Origin: an uncultured Syntrophomonadaceae bacterium
GTDB taxonomy: Bacteria > Bacillota > Dethiobacteria > DTU022
Reading direction: 5' to 3'
Length of the DNA stretch: 62,289 bases
Assembly (NCBI GenBank): GCA_964463285.1
Contig: CAYXBB010000001.1
Location: 1-62,289, forward strand
In this document: one piece after another, positions 16,585 through 25,208 of the stretch
How positions within the stretch are numbered: the stretch's first letter is position 1
How the letters are laid out: every line of letters starts with the position of its first letter
Program-made: the position numbers and the translations under genes
Notes under the pieces: generated by a model
The model's database searches: none
The model's input: only the letters and a program-made list of their open reading frames with translations
What the model was told of the DNA's origin: nothing

Positions 16585-18459
16585 TTAGATCCCCCTTTTC
16601 CAGGTAGAAATGCTTGATTTTGATATGGCCAGATCTTCCCGACGGTCAGAAGTGCCGCCAAAAAGCACTAGTATCATTATACCCAATCCGACAAGCAACA
16701 AAGCCAGTAAGGTCGGTGGCAGCACGGTGTCCAGCAATAAGTTTGTCATACTTCCCACTGCCAATGAGGTACAAAACATCAAGAGCATCGCCGCTCCCAG
16801 GTCCCTGATTCCCAGTTCCTTGTAAAGAACAATAAAGGTGGCCGCACAGGGAAAATAGGTAACCAGCACGATGGCTCCGGTAACAAACTGGCTGGCGTTC
16901 AAGCCCAATGGAACCAGCAGGGCCACCGCCACGTCTTTCCGCAGCAGGCCAATTATCAAGGTGGAGACCGCCTCCCCGGGAAGTCCCAGCATTCCCTGAA
17001 CCAAGGGTGATAAAACCGCCGCCAGGAAATCAATAGCCCCGGAGATATACAGGAGATTGACTAAAAGAATACCTGCGAATATAAAAGGCAGGGCCTCTCC
17101 CAAAAAATGATTTAGGCGCATCTGAAGCTTCTGAAGCTGGCTTTTAAGATGAGGCCACCGGTAAGGCGGTATTTCCATTATCATGGAGGGGGTATATCCC
17201 GGTAAAACCTGATCCAGGAACAAGCCCAGGGTAACCCAGATAAAAAACAGGGTAGCAAATATCACGCTTAAATATGCACCGCCGTAACGGCCCACCAGTC
17301 CGATTACCATGGACATCTGGGCTGCGCAAGGAATGGTTATGGAGATCAAGGTGCAGGCCAGGAATCTCTCCCGCCGGCTTTCCAGGCTGCGGGCGGATAT
17401 TATGGCCGGGACATTGCAGCCCAATCCCAGGATCATGGGAATGATTGCAAACCCGTGCAGTCCCAGACGGTGCATTATCCGATCAGCCATCACCGACAAC
17501 CGGGGGAGGTACCCGCAGTCCTCCAGGAATCCCAGGGCCAGGTAGAACATGATCAAAAACGGCAACACCACCCCGAATACGATAAATACCCCGGTAGTAA
17601 GCAGTCCCATGGATTCTTCCAATAAGATCCGGCCCTGGCGGAGATTGCCAATTAGCAGGTTGTGCAAAAAACTATGTTCACCCAGTCGCCGGCCCAGGGA
17701 ACTAATTGCCGGCAAATAGATCGGGTTAAAGAAGATGCGCAGCAGCAGTTCTTGAAGCCATTCACCCAGGCCGATAATAAGTTTAAACGATAGAAAAAGG
17801 ATAATAGCAGCCAGAGGAACCCCGGTAGACGGTTTTATACTGGCCAACTCCAGCTTTTCCAGCCAGGTGGGGTGGCGATGAGTAATCCTTTGGATCTTTC
17901 CTATTGCATAACCAATCCAGGCCCAACGTTCATCCGAAGACAAGGGATCAACCTTTCCGGCTACAGCCCGGTCCAGAGTAGCCACCAGTTGCGATAGCCC
18001 CTCCCCGCTTATGGCTACCGTGGGTATTACCGGCACCCCCAGCAGTTGCCGCAAGGCAGGGATATCGATACGCACTCCCTTGTAAGCTGCCTCATCAACC
18101 ATGTTTAACACTATTATCAAAGGAACCTTTTTCTCCAGCAGCTGGCGAGTCAGATAGAGATTTCGTTCCAAGTTGGTAGCATCTACAACATTTATCACTG
18201 TATCGGCTGATTCAACCAGGTTGGCCGTAACCTGCTCCGCCCGGTTGGAGGGATCCAGGCTGTACGTTCCCGGGGAATCCAGCAGCTCATATTCCCGGTT
18301 CTTAACGGTCATTTGCCCGCGGGTAAATTCCACCGTAGTTCCCGGGTAATTGGAGATCACCACCCGGGCTCCGGTAAGCTGAGAAAAGATCACGCTTTTC
18401 CCTACATTAGGGTTTCCAACCAGCACAATTTTTTTGTTTCTTACACTTACAGCGCTCAT
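16585..18459 (-). CDS. feoB: Ferrous iron transporter B (short 624-aa form)
   Basis: GNPNVGKS, NYPGTTVE, DSPG, NMVD, LEDCGYLPR, GLGCNVPA, IPCAAQ, YFPCAAT. Confidence 0.92.
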   Translation of the reverse strand: MSAVSVRNKKIVLVGNPNVGKSVIFSQLTGARVVISNYPGTTVEFTRGQMTVKNREYELLDSPGTYSLDPSNRAEQVTANLVESADTVINVVDATNLERNLYLTRQLLEKKVPLIIVLNMVDEAAYKGVRIDIPALRQLLGVPVIPTVAISGEGLSQLVATLDRAVAGKVDPLSSDERWAWIGYAIGKIQRITHRHPTWLEKLELASIKPSTGVPLAAIILFLSFKLIIGLGEWLQELLLRIFFNPIYLPAISSLGRRLGEHSFLHNLLIGNLRQGRILLEESMGLLTTGVFIVFGVVLPFLIMFYLALGFLEDCGYLPRLSVMADRIMHRLGLHGFAIIPMILGLGCNVPAIISARSLESRRERFLACTLISITIPCAAQMSMVIGLVGRYGGAYLSVIFATLFFIWVTLGLFLDQVLPGYTPSMIMEIPPYRWPHLKSQLQKLQMRLNHFLGEALPFIFAGILLVNLLYISGAIDFLAAVLSPLVQGMLGLPGEAVSTLIIGLLRKDVAVALLVPLGLNASQFVTGAIVLVTYFPCAATFIVLYKELGIRDLGAAMLLMFCTSLAVGSMTNLLLDTVLPPTLLALLLVGLGIMILVLFGGTSDRREDLAISKSSISTWKRGI

Positions 18460-18472
18460 AGTAGTTTTCTTT

Positions 18473-18718
18473 TTACCTGTTCCCGGTTTCCGGCTCTATA
18501 TAAATCCGGCAGGCCCGTCCATAACCCAGCGCTACCTGAGATCGATTGATCTCTATCACCACCGGCCCTTTTTGGAATACTGAACTTAATTTAGTCACCT
18601 TTTGTCCCGGATAGAGACCCAGAGTCTGCAATCTGGCCGCCATCCCGCATCCGCCGCCTATAGTCCTAACCGTGCCTGTTTGTCCGGGTTCCATTTTTGC
18701 CAGAGATACTAGTTTCAA
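18473..18718 (-). CDS. feoA: Ferrous iron transport protein A
   Basis: RLQTLGLYPGQKV...GPVVIEINRSQVALG; TTG start after GAGG. Confidence 0.88.
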   Translation of the reverse strand: MKLVSLAKMEPGQTGTVRTIGGGCGMAARLQTLGLYPGQKVTKLSSVFQKGPVVIEINRSQVALGYGRACRIYIEPETGNR

Positions 18719-18757
18719 TGTAAGCACCTCGTTCCGTAGCACCATCACAAAAAAATG

Positions 18758-18791
18758 TTAAGTTCAACTAACAGCCATGTTAATTATATCA
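18758..18791 (-). promoter_or_regulatory. Internal extended -10 promoter with a weak DtxR-like site upstream of feoA
   Basis: TGA-TATAAT on the minus strand (18783-18791); TTAAGTTCAACTAAC (18758-18772) shares both inner arms with the DtxR box. Confidence 0.45.
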
Positions 18792-19220
18792 CCTGCTATC
18801 AGGCTTTTCTCCCTCCGAAAAATTAAAGTTATTTGTGCAATATTCACCTTCCAACAAAAATTTAATCAGCCGTTCAATGGTCTCACTGCTTACCGCATGT
18901 TCCATCAGGCAGGCATCTCTTTCCGCAACCTGGTTATCAAGGCCCAGCACCTCCACCAAAAAACTTCTCAACACCCGGTGACGTCTTCTTACTATTAATG
19001 CGCACCTTTGACCTTCATCAGTTAGTTCTACCGGCCCATAGTAATTTTGTTTTATCAGCCCTTGTTTCCGCAGCAGTTTTAAAGCCTGGGCCACACTGGG
19101 CTTGGTCAATTTTAGACGCTCAGCAATATCGGTTACCCTCACCGTGTCCTGCTGAAGCGATAGATTCAAAATCTCCTCTAAATAATCTTGCAAGGAAGCG
19201 CTGATCGGCAACGGGGTCAC
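18789..19220 (-). CDS. DtxR/MntR-family metal-dependent repressor (short form, no SH3 domain)
   Basis: SLQDYLEEI, VRVTDIAERLKLTKPSV, RRHRVLRSFL, ACLMEHAVS; GTG start after AGGAG. Confidence 0.92.
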   Translation of the reverse strand: MTPLPISASLQDYLEEILNLSLQQDTVRVTDIAERLKLTKPSVAQALKLLRKQGLIKQNYYGPVELTDEGQRCALIVRRRHRVLRSFLVEVLGLDNQVAERDACLMEHAVSSETIERLIKFLLEGEYCTNNFNFSEGEKPDSR

Positions 19221-19282
19221 TGTACACACTCCTATTTGTCCGATTTCCCCGCAATTCGCAAGCATCGGTAGTGCAAGACGAC

Positions 19283-19334
19283 TTAAGTTAGTCTTACCTA
19301 ACTTTTTTATATCTCATATACCCTTACCTGTCAA
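19283..19334 (-). promoter_or_regulatory. Sigma-A promoter with a DtxR-type operator at the transcription start
   Basis: TTGACA-N17-TATAAA (19334-19306); TTAAGTTAGTCTTACCTAA (19283-19301) matches 16/19 of the DtxR consensus TTAGGTTAGCCTAACCTAA. Confidence 0.85.
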
Positions 19335-19378
19335 GTACTATTTATCCGGTCCTTCTGTGTGTTTCCTTTTTTCCAATA

Positions 19379-20395
19379 CTACAACTCCCTTTTGAAATGC
19401 TCCGCCACCTCCTGTAGAAGGGTAAACGAATTTTCTACAGTTTTCTCCCCGTCCAGGTTGACCAGGCAACAGCGCGCCGGTGCCAGCCAGGCCTGGGAAA
19501 GGATCTGGCGCCGCGGTATTCCGGAACGCTCCAGGCTTTCCCAAAGGTCGTTTAACAAATCAATCATGGTGTGGGCGCTTTCTTCCCGGAACTCCTCAGT
19601 AAGGGTAGGGGTTATTCCCCATGAAATAATTCCTCCACGATTTAAAAACTGTTTGATCTGATCTTTATAATGACTGAAAATATGTCCCCGGGCCAGTACA
19701 TCCAGGGAAAGAATGTTAAGCGGCAATTCCAACAGGAATGACCAGTCAGGATTGCCGCAGAGGTGTACACCCTTGGGGCCCGGAAAGCTGTCAAGGAAAA
19801 GCCGGTAATCCTCCCTGGCTTTTTTATCAGTGTAACCGGTAAAGGCCATAAAGATCATCTCCAGTCCCGGCTCATCCACCCACACAAACGCTTCCGGATG
19901 TTTGCACTGCAGCTGGTTAAACTGGGCCTGTAATTTTTTGGCCACAAACTCAAATATTATCTGCCGGACTTCTTCATGATAGATCATGGGTCGCCTGTGC
20001 TCATCGGTAATTTTCAGACCATAACTTACCGGACCGATGCTCTGTCCGCGAATGTAACGGTATTCGCGGAGATCCTTTTCCAGGAAACGATGAAATACTG
20101 CAGAATACCGGGGCGAGAGGCAAAAATATTCTTCATTATCCCACTGCAAAAACAGCTCTTCCAGTTCCCCATAGAATTTCTCCAAAGAAAACCAGACCAC
20201 CCTTTTATCCGGATCCAGGGAAACTCCCGGAAAATGTTCGGATATTTGGGCATACATATCTTCAAAAAAATTTAATCGAGGCAGCTGAGGCCAGAAAGGT
20301 ATGTCCAAGGATAGGGCCAACTGTAAAGCCTTTTCCACATCGGTGTGGGGCAAAATTCCCATAGCGGTAGTCTGACAATTTCCTTCCAGTTTCAT
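19379..20395 (-). CDS. Core (single-barrel) MetE-like, folate-independent methionine synthase homolog
   Basis: TTAMGILPH, FWPQLP, VDEPGL, Zn-ligand-like VHLCGN and PARCCL; start reset to 20395, just after the stop of the HD gene. Confidence 0.65.
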   Translation of the reverse strand: MKLEGNCQTTAMGILPHTDVEKALQLALSLDIPFWPQLPRLNFFEDMYAQISEHFPGVSLDPDKRVVWFSLEKFYGELEELFLQWDNEEYFCLSPRYSAVFHRFLEKDLREYRYIRGQSIGPVSYGLKITDEHRRPMIYHEEVRQIIFEFVAKKLQAQFNQLQCKHPEAFVWVDEPGLEMIFMAFTGYTDKKAREDYRLFLDSFPGPKGVHLCGNPDWSFLLELPLNILSLDVLARGHIFSHYKDQIKQFLNRGGIISWGITPTLTEEFREESAHTMIDLLNDLWESLERSGIPRRQILSQAWLAPARCCLVNLDGEKTVENSFTLLQEVAEHFKREL

Positions 20396-20399
20396 GCCT

Positions 20400-21629
20400 T
20401 TAACCATCCTCCCTAATTTCGCCGGCGCGTCCCCCCATGATTTTAAAATCTTGAAACATCCTCCCAAAGTTGATTCCGGCGATCTTTTTATCCTGGTAAA
20501 GGTTATAAAGCTCACGGTTGGCCTCATCGAGATGGGGCGATTTAATGCCGTGAGTGATCGAAAGGTAAGTTTCCATGTAGGCGGCCAGCTGATCACAGGC
20601 CCTGATGATCTCTCCGTCCAACGGGAAATAACGATCCTGGTTGTAGCGCTCGTTTATCTCAGTGGAAGTTCTAAAACGGATTTCTCCTCCTTCAATTATT
20701 TTGCTTTGAAATTCATTCTCAGTAAAATATTTGATCTCCTGATGCCAGGCAGGCGGCAATAAGGGGTAAATACGTTCCTCCATCTGCCATTGCTCAATCT
20801 CTTTGATCAGCTCGTCCAGACCAGGCACCGAGCGTTTAACCGGGGAAACAATGTCCCGGGTAATAACTTCCGGCAAATCATGAAACAGCCCGGCAAAATA
20901 ATTTTGGTAGCTCCTGACCTGGCAGGCTTCCATCTCCAGAGAGCAAAAATAGGCCAGGATAGCCACAATCAACATATGACCCATCACTGAGGTCCGCGGA
21001 ATACGAGGTGACTGTGCCCATCTCTGTTGAAATCGAAGCTGTCCGACCAGATCCAGAAAATGGCTGGTTTTTTTATTTAAGGTTATTTTTTGTACTCCCG
21101 CCAGATCGTAATGTTCTTCCAGTTGATTTTCAATGGCCTGTTTGGTTTCTTCCAATCCGTACAGATTAGCATTTAGATGGTAAATGATTTTAAATTCCCA
21201 GTTGGTGGCCAAATAATGCGCGGCCCGAAGGATTTTTCTTTCCAGGCAGTTCTGCCCCGAAAGGTTATAATATTGTTCCATTCGTTGCAAAAAGCCGCCT
21301 TTTAAGGGGGCTATATGCTCGCCTATTTTCTCCAGAACCCACCGGTTTAGCTGTTCTCCCTTCTCAATCATGAGTTTATGAAAAATGGGGGGCTTGATAT
21401 CGGTGAGCACGATCCGGTGAAGAAATTCAAACAGGCCGCCTTCAATTAAATTTCGCCAGTTAATAGTAAGGTTCCGATCGGTCTCCTCCATTTTCCCCAG
21501 AACATAGGCATAGATCATTTTATGAGCCTGCTTGTCCAGCTCCGTAAAATGCTCCGGCCTGATATGATCGTTCCAGCGCTGAATGCTGGCCGCTTCAAAC
21601 AAAAATTTAAGCAATTGTTTGCTGATCAT
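20400..21629 (-). CDS. Tandem YfbR-like HD-domain phosphohydrolase (first HD degenerate)
   Basis: IQRWND...KQAH and QQRW...SVMGH...FHDLPEVITRDI...ACDQLAA. Confidence 0.8.
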   Translation of the reverse strand: MISKQLLKFLFEAASIQRWNDHIRPEHFTELDKQAHKMIYAYVLGKMEETDRNLTINWRNLIEGGLFEFLHRIVLTDIKPPIFHKLMIEKGEQLNRWVLEKIGEHIAPLKGGFLQRMEQYYNLSGQNCLERKILRAAHYLATNWEFKIIYHLNANLYGLEETKQAIENQLEEHYDLAGVQKITLNKKTSHFLDLVGQLRFQQRWAQSPRIPRTSVMGHMLIVAILAYFCSLEMEACQVRSYQNYFAGLFHDLPEVITRDIVSPVKRSVPGLDELIKEIEQWQMEERIYPLLPPAWHQEIKYFTENEFQSKIIEGGEIRFRTSTEINERYNQDRYFPLDGEIIRACDQLAAYMETYLSITHGIKSPHLDEANRELYNLYQDKKIAGINFGRMFQDFKIMGGRAGEIREDG

Positions 21630-21710
21630 GTTAAGTCCCTCCTGATCCGGGTGAAATACCTTGCACGGCTCTATTATAACTAACCGGCATTCATTTTTGG
21701 CAAATTATAA

Positions 21711-21739
21711 TTAAATACCCCTTAAAAAGGGGTATTTAA
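21711..21739. terminator. 13-bp perfect hairpin after spoIVA
   Basis: TTAAATACCCCTT-AAA-AAGGGGTATTTAA. Confidence 0.7.
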
Positions 21740-21767
21740 GCTATTTTAACCGTAAAAATCCGTTGCC

Positions 21768-23243
21768 TTAAAGAATAATGGCTATTAAACCGCCGCTGCC
21801 TTCGTTAACGATCTTCTCCAGTGTTTCTTGAAGCTTTTCCTGGGCATTGGGGGGCATATTGCCCAGCTTGCCGGTAATACCGTCTTGTACCAGCTCATGG
21901 AGGGACTTACCGAATATCTGTGATTCCCAGATTTTTTTCGGGCTTTCTTCAAATTCATCCAGAAGGTAGTTGACCAGATCCTCACTCTGCCTTTCTGAAC
22001 CGACCACCGGGGCAATCTCAGACTTAACATCCACCCTGATCAAGTGCAAGGAAGGCGCGCTGGCCCGTAACCTTACCCCAAACCGTCCTCCCTGGCGAAT
22101 AATTTCCGGCTCTTCCAAAGCCATTTCTTCCAGCACCGGGGGTACTATACCGTATCCTACCTCCTTGACCTGGTAAAGGGCCTCCGCTATTTTGTCGTAT
22201 TCCCGTTTAGCTGATGAATAATCGCGGACTATCCTTAAAATATCCGCATCACCGGCTATTTCTTCGCCACAGTATTCCGTCAACACTTTTTCAAATAACC
22301 CGGCGGGGGGCGTCAGCTCAATCTCGGCTTCTCCTTTTCCAAGATCAATCCGCTTTAATAAGGCTTCTTCAATAAATGCATACTCCTTGAGCTTCTCCAC
22401 CAGGTTGTTTACTTCTCTTACCCGGCTTACCTGCGAAATATTTTCCGCGATGCATTCTTCATAGTTGCTCTTAAGCCAGTGTCCTTTTTCCAGGGTTTCC
22501 ACCCAGCCTGCCGCTCTCACCGCCACATCCCGCACTGGAAACTCATAAAGGGCCTCTTCCAATATTAGAGAAAGATCCCCCTGGCTGAGCTCCATGCAAT
22601 TAAGCGAAATGACCGGTACATCATATAGCTCCGCCAGTTCATCCTGGAGGGAACAGGCTTCTTCCGCCCCGGGGTGAACCGAATTAACCAACACTACAAA
22701 AGGCTTACCCAACTCTTTGAGTTCAGTGATTACCCTTTGCTCGGCTTCCCGGTAATTTTCACGGGGAATATCGGCAATTGTTCCGTCCGTGGTCACCACT
22801 ATCCCGATAGTCGAGTGATCGGTGATTACCTTCCGGGTGCCTAATTCCGCTGCCTCCTGAAAGGGGATATCGTAATCAAACCAGGGGGTGGAAACCATGC
22901 GAGGGCCTTCTTCATCCTGGTACCCGGAGGCTCCCACCACCGTATAGCCCACACAATCTACCATTCTAATATTCATGGTTATATTCTCGCCTACGATGAC
23001 CTCTACAGCTTCATCGGGCACAAATTTAGGCTCGGTAGTCATAATCGCTTTTCCCATGCTTCCCTGGGGAAGCTCGTCACGGATCCGCTCATATTCCAGG
23101 GGATCTTCTATTTTTGGCAGCACGAACAGTTCCATAAACTTGCGTATAAACGTCGATTTACCGGTTCGCACCGGTCCCACCACGCCTAAATAAATATCTC
23201 CTCCGGTACGCTCTACCAGATCATTAAACAGATCAAGCTCCAC
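21768..23243 (-). CDS. spoIVA: Stage IV sporulation protein A
   Basis: IYLGVVGPVRTGKSTFI, MTTEPKFVP, VDCVGY, C-terminal NEGSGGLIAIIL. Confidence 0.98.
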   Translation of the reverse strand: MELDLFNDLVERTGGDIYLGVVGPVRTGKSTFIRKFMELFVLPKIEDPLEYERIRDELPQGSMGKAIMTTEPKFVPDEAVEVIVGENITMNIRMVDCVGYTVVGASGYQDEEGPRMVSTPWFDYDIPFQEAAELGTRKVITDHSTIGIVVTTDGTIADIPRENYREAEQRVITELKELGKPFVVLVNSVHPGAEEACSLQDELAELYDVPVISLNCMELSQGDLSLILEEALYEFPVRDVAVRAAGWVETLEKGHWLKSNYEECIAENISQVSRVREVNNLVEKLKEYAFIEEALLKRIDLGKGEAEIELTPPAGLFEKVLTEYCGEEIAGDADILRIVRDYSSAKREYDKIAEALYQVKEVGYGIVPPVLEEMALEEPEIIRQGGRFGVRLRASAPSLHLIRVDVKSEIAPVVGSERQSEDLVNYLLDEFEESPKKIWESQIFGKSLHELVQDGITGKLGNMPPNAQEKLQETLEKIVNEGSGGLIAIIL

Positions 23244-23306
23244 AGCTTCATCCCTCCTTTCCTTTTCCTACCCTTGTGGGAGGTTAAAGATCTAATCTAA
23301 CATTAT

Positions 23307-23336
23307 ATATATATGTGTAGGCAAGCATATTATTAC
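23307..23336 (-). promoter_or_regulatory. Putative sigma-E promoter of spoIVA
   Basis: GTAATA-N15-CATATATAT; spoIVA is sigma-E-controlled in Bacillus. Confidence 0.45.
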
Positions 23337-23400
23337 CTCCCGGTTGTTCTAAAAAAACGCCTGCATTTTGTACAAACGGAATTTTTTATTTGCCTGGTTT

Positions 23401-23489
23401 AATAAGTGGAATACTGCGGTGGTAGTTTAGGCAGACAACCTGTTACAGCCATCTGCCGTTTGTAAAATAAATGGAATACTGTGGTGGTA
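23401..23489. repeat. Two 24-bp direct repeats (22/24) separated by 41 bp
   Basis: AATAAGTGGAATACTGCGGTGGTA (23401-23424) and AATAAATGGAATACTGTGGTGGTA (23466-23489). Confidence 0.8.
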
Positions 23490-23559
23490 AAAAAATGCTT
23501 TACACCGACCTAGATTTTAAATTATATTGCCGCCTGATCCCATTGCCGGCACCTGGAAG

Positions 23560-24576
23560 CTATTTTAAAGGGATATTTTCGCTCTCTTTTTTCGGATCCC
23601 GGAGCATTAGTTCCCGGACCGCCTCCCGAGGGGGTTTCCCATGGTAAAGCACCCGATATATCCCCTCCGTAATCGGCATTTCCACTCCTACCTGTTGGGA
23701 TAAATGATAGGCGGCCCGGGTAGTAACAATACCTTCCGCTACCGCCGCCATCTCTTGTTGGATTTTATCCAGGGGGATCCCTTTCCCTAATTTGTAGCCC
23801 ACCGAGCGGTTCCGGCTATGGCGGCTTCCGCAGGTTACAAACAGATCTCCAACCCCGGAAAGGCCGGAAAAAGTAGAAGCCTTGGCCCCCAAGGCCACTC
23901 CCAGGCGGGTTATCTCCGTCAGTCCCCGGGTAACCAGGGCGGCCTTTATATTATCGCCCAGTTCCAGCCCATCCAGAATCCCGGCGCCCAGGGCAATTAC
24001 ATTTTTCAGCGCTCCTCCCAGCTCTACACCGGTCAGATCGGGGTTAGTATATACTCTAAAATAAGGACCCATCATTGCTTCCTGAACTTGCCTGGCTGTA
24101 TCATGGTCCACAGAAGCTGCTACCGTAGCTGAGGGTAGACCCCTGGAGACCTCTTCCGCGTGATTGGGGCCGGAGATACTGGCCAGCCGTCGGTGATACC
24201 GCTGAGGCAGTTCCTGCTGCAGCACTTGAGATAAACGCAGGTAGGTGTTGTCTTCCAACCCCTTGGCTACATTAATGATCAAGGGTTGATAGGGCAAAAG
24301 ACCGGCAATTTTTACGGCAATTTGCCTGACTCCCTGGGAGGGCACCGCCAGTATGATCAGCTCTTTACCCCAGAGCGCCTCTTCCAAGCTCAAGGTGGGA
24401 CGGATCGTATCAGGCAATTTAACCCCGGGAAGATAGGTTTCGTTGATCCGTTTCAATAAAATAGTTTTATACAACCCGGTATTCCTGACCCAAAGATGGA
24501 TCCCATAACCCTTTGCGGAAAGAACTGTGGCCAGCGCGGTTCCCCATCCCCCCGCACCGATAATCGCTACTTTCAC
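23560..24576 (-). CDS. gpsA: NAD(P)H-dependent glycerol-3-phosphate dehydrogenase
   Basis: IIGAGGWGTAL, SGPNHAEEV, GGALKNVIA, GLSGVGDL, SRNR. Confidence 0.96.
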   Translation of the reverse strand: MKVAIIGAGGWGTALATVLSAKGYGIHLWVRNTGLYKTILLKRINETYLPGVKLPDTIRPTLSLEEALWGKELIILAVPSQGVRQIAVKIAGLLPYQPLIINVAKGLEDNTYLRLSQVLQQELPQRYHRRLASISGPNHAEEVSRGLPSATVAASVDHDTARQVQEAMMGPYFRVYTNPDLTGVELGGALKNVIALGAGILDGLELGDNIKAALVTRGLTEITRLGVALGAKASTFSGLSGVGDLFVTCGSRHSRNRSVGYKLGKGIPLDKIQQEMAAVAEGIVTTRAAYHLSQQVGVEMPITEGIYRVLYHGKPPREAVRELMLRDPKKESENIPLK

Positions 24577-25208
24577 TTGGCAGATCCTCCTCCCCGACGC
24601 CCCGGCATATCAAGCTTTTTGCCCAGTTTGGATTCGGTCCCATTTATTAACCGCCCGATATTGGCCCGGTGTCGGAAAATAACCAGTGCGGAGATGGCCA
24701 GTCCAAAAAAAATATTAACCGGTGGATACCCAAATCCCCATAGAAGTGCCGGAAAGGCCACTGCCGCCAGAATTGAAACCATGGACATATAGCGGGTTAG
24801 CACTATCACCACTCCCGCCAGGATCAGGATTATCCCCCAGACGGGTGCCCCCACCAACCCAAACAAAATGCCCAGGGCGGTAGCGGTTCCTTTTCCACCT
24901 TTAAAACCTAGAAATACGGGCCAGCAATGCCCGGTTAACACTGCCAGCGCCGCCAACCACCAGAAATGCTCCTGCCCGGTAAGCAAACGGGCCAACCCAA
25001 TGGCGGCAGTTCCTTTACCAACATCAAACAACAATACCAGCAGTGCTGCAGCAGGCCCCAGCAGGCGCATCACATTGGTAGCTCCGATATTGCCACTGCC
25101 GTAATTTCGGATATCTTCCCGTCTGAGAAATCGACCGGCCAGATATCCAAAGGGAACGGACCCCAGCAGGTAGGCAAGCACTATAGAGATGAAACCGCTC
25201 AAGGCCAT
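24573..25208 (-). CDS. plsY: Glycerol-3-phosphate acyltransferase PlsY
   Basis: YLLGSVPFG, GSGNIGATN, FDVGKG, GHCWPVFLGFKGGKG, RHRANI. Confidence 0.96.
   Translation of the reverse strand: MALSGFISIVLAYLLGSVPFGYLAGRFLRREDIRNYGSGNIGATNVMRLLGPAAALLVLLFDVGKGTAAIGLARLLTGQEHFWWLAALAVLTGHCWPVFLGFKGGKGTATALGILFGLVGAPVWGIILILAGVVIVLTRYMSMVSILAAVAFPALLWGFGYPPVNIFFGLAISALVIFRHRANIGRLINGTESKLGKKLDMPGRRGGGSAK

Noticed and set aside
20396-20596. N-terminal extension of the MetE-like ORF, and similar extensions of fni, pabB, deoB, spmB, sigF, plsC
   Set aside because: They overlap upstream genes or leaders; RBS-supported starts lie downstream
23401-23489. Repeat-spacer-repeat as a mini CRISPR array
   Set aside because: Only two imperfect repeats, no cas genes, no leader, and the spacer is itself self-complementary
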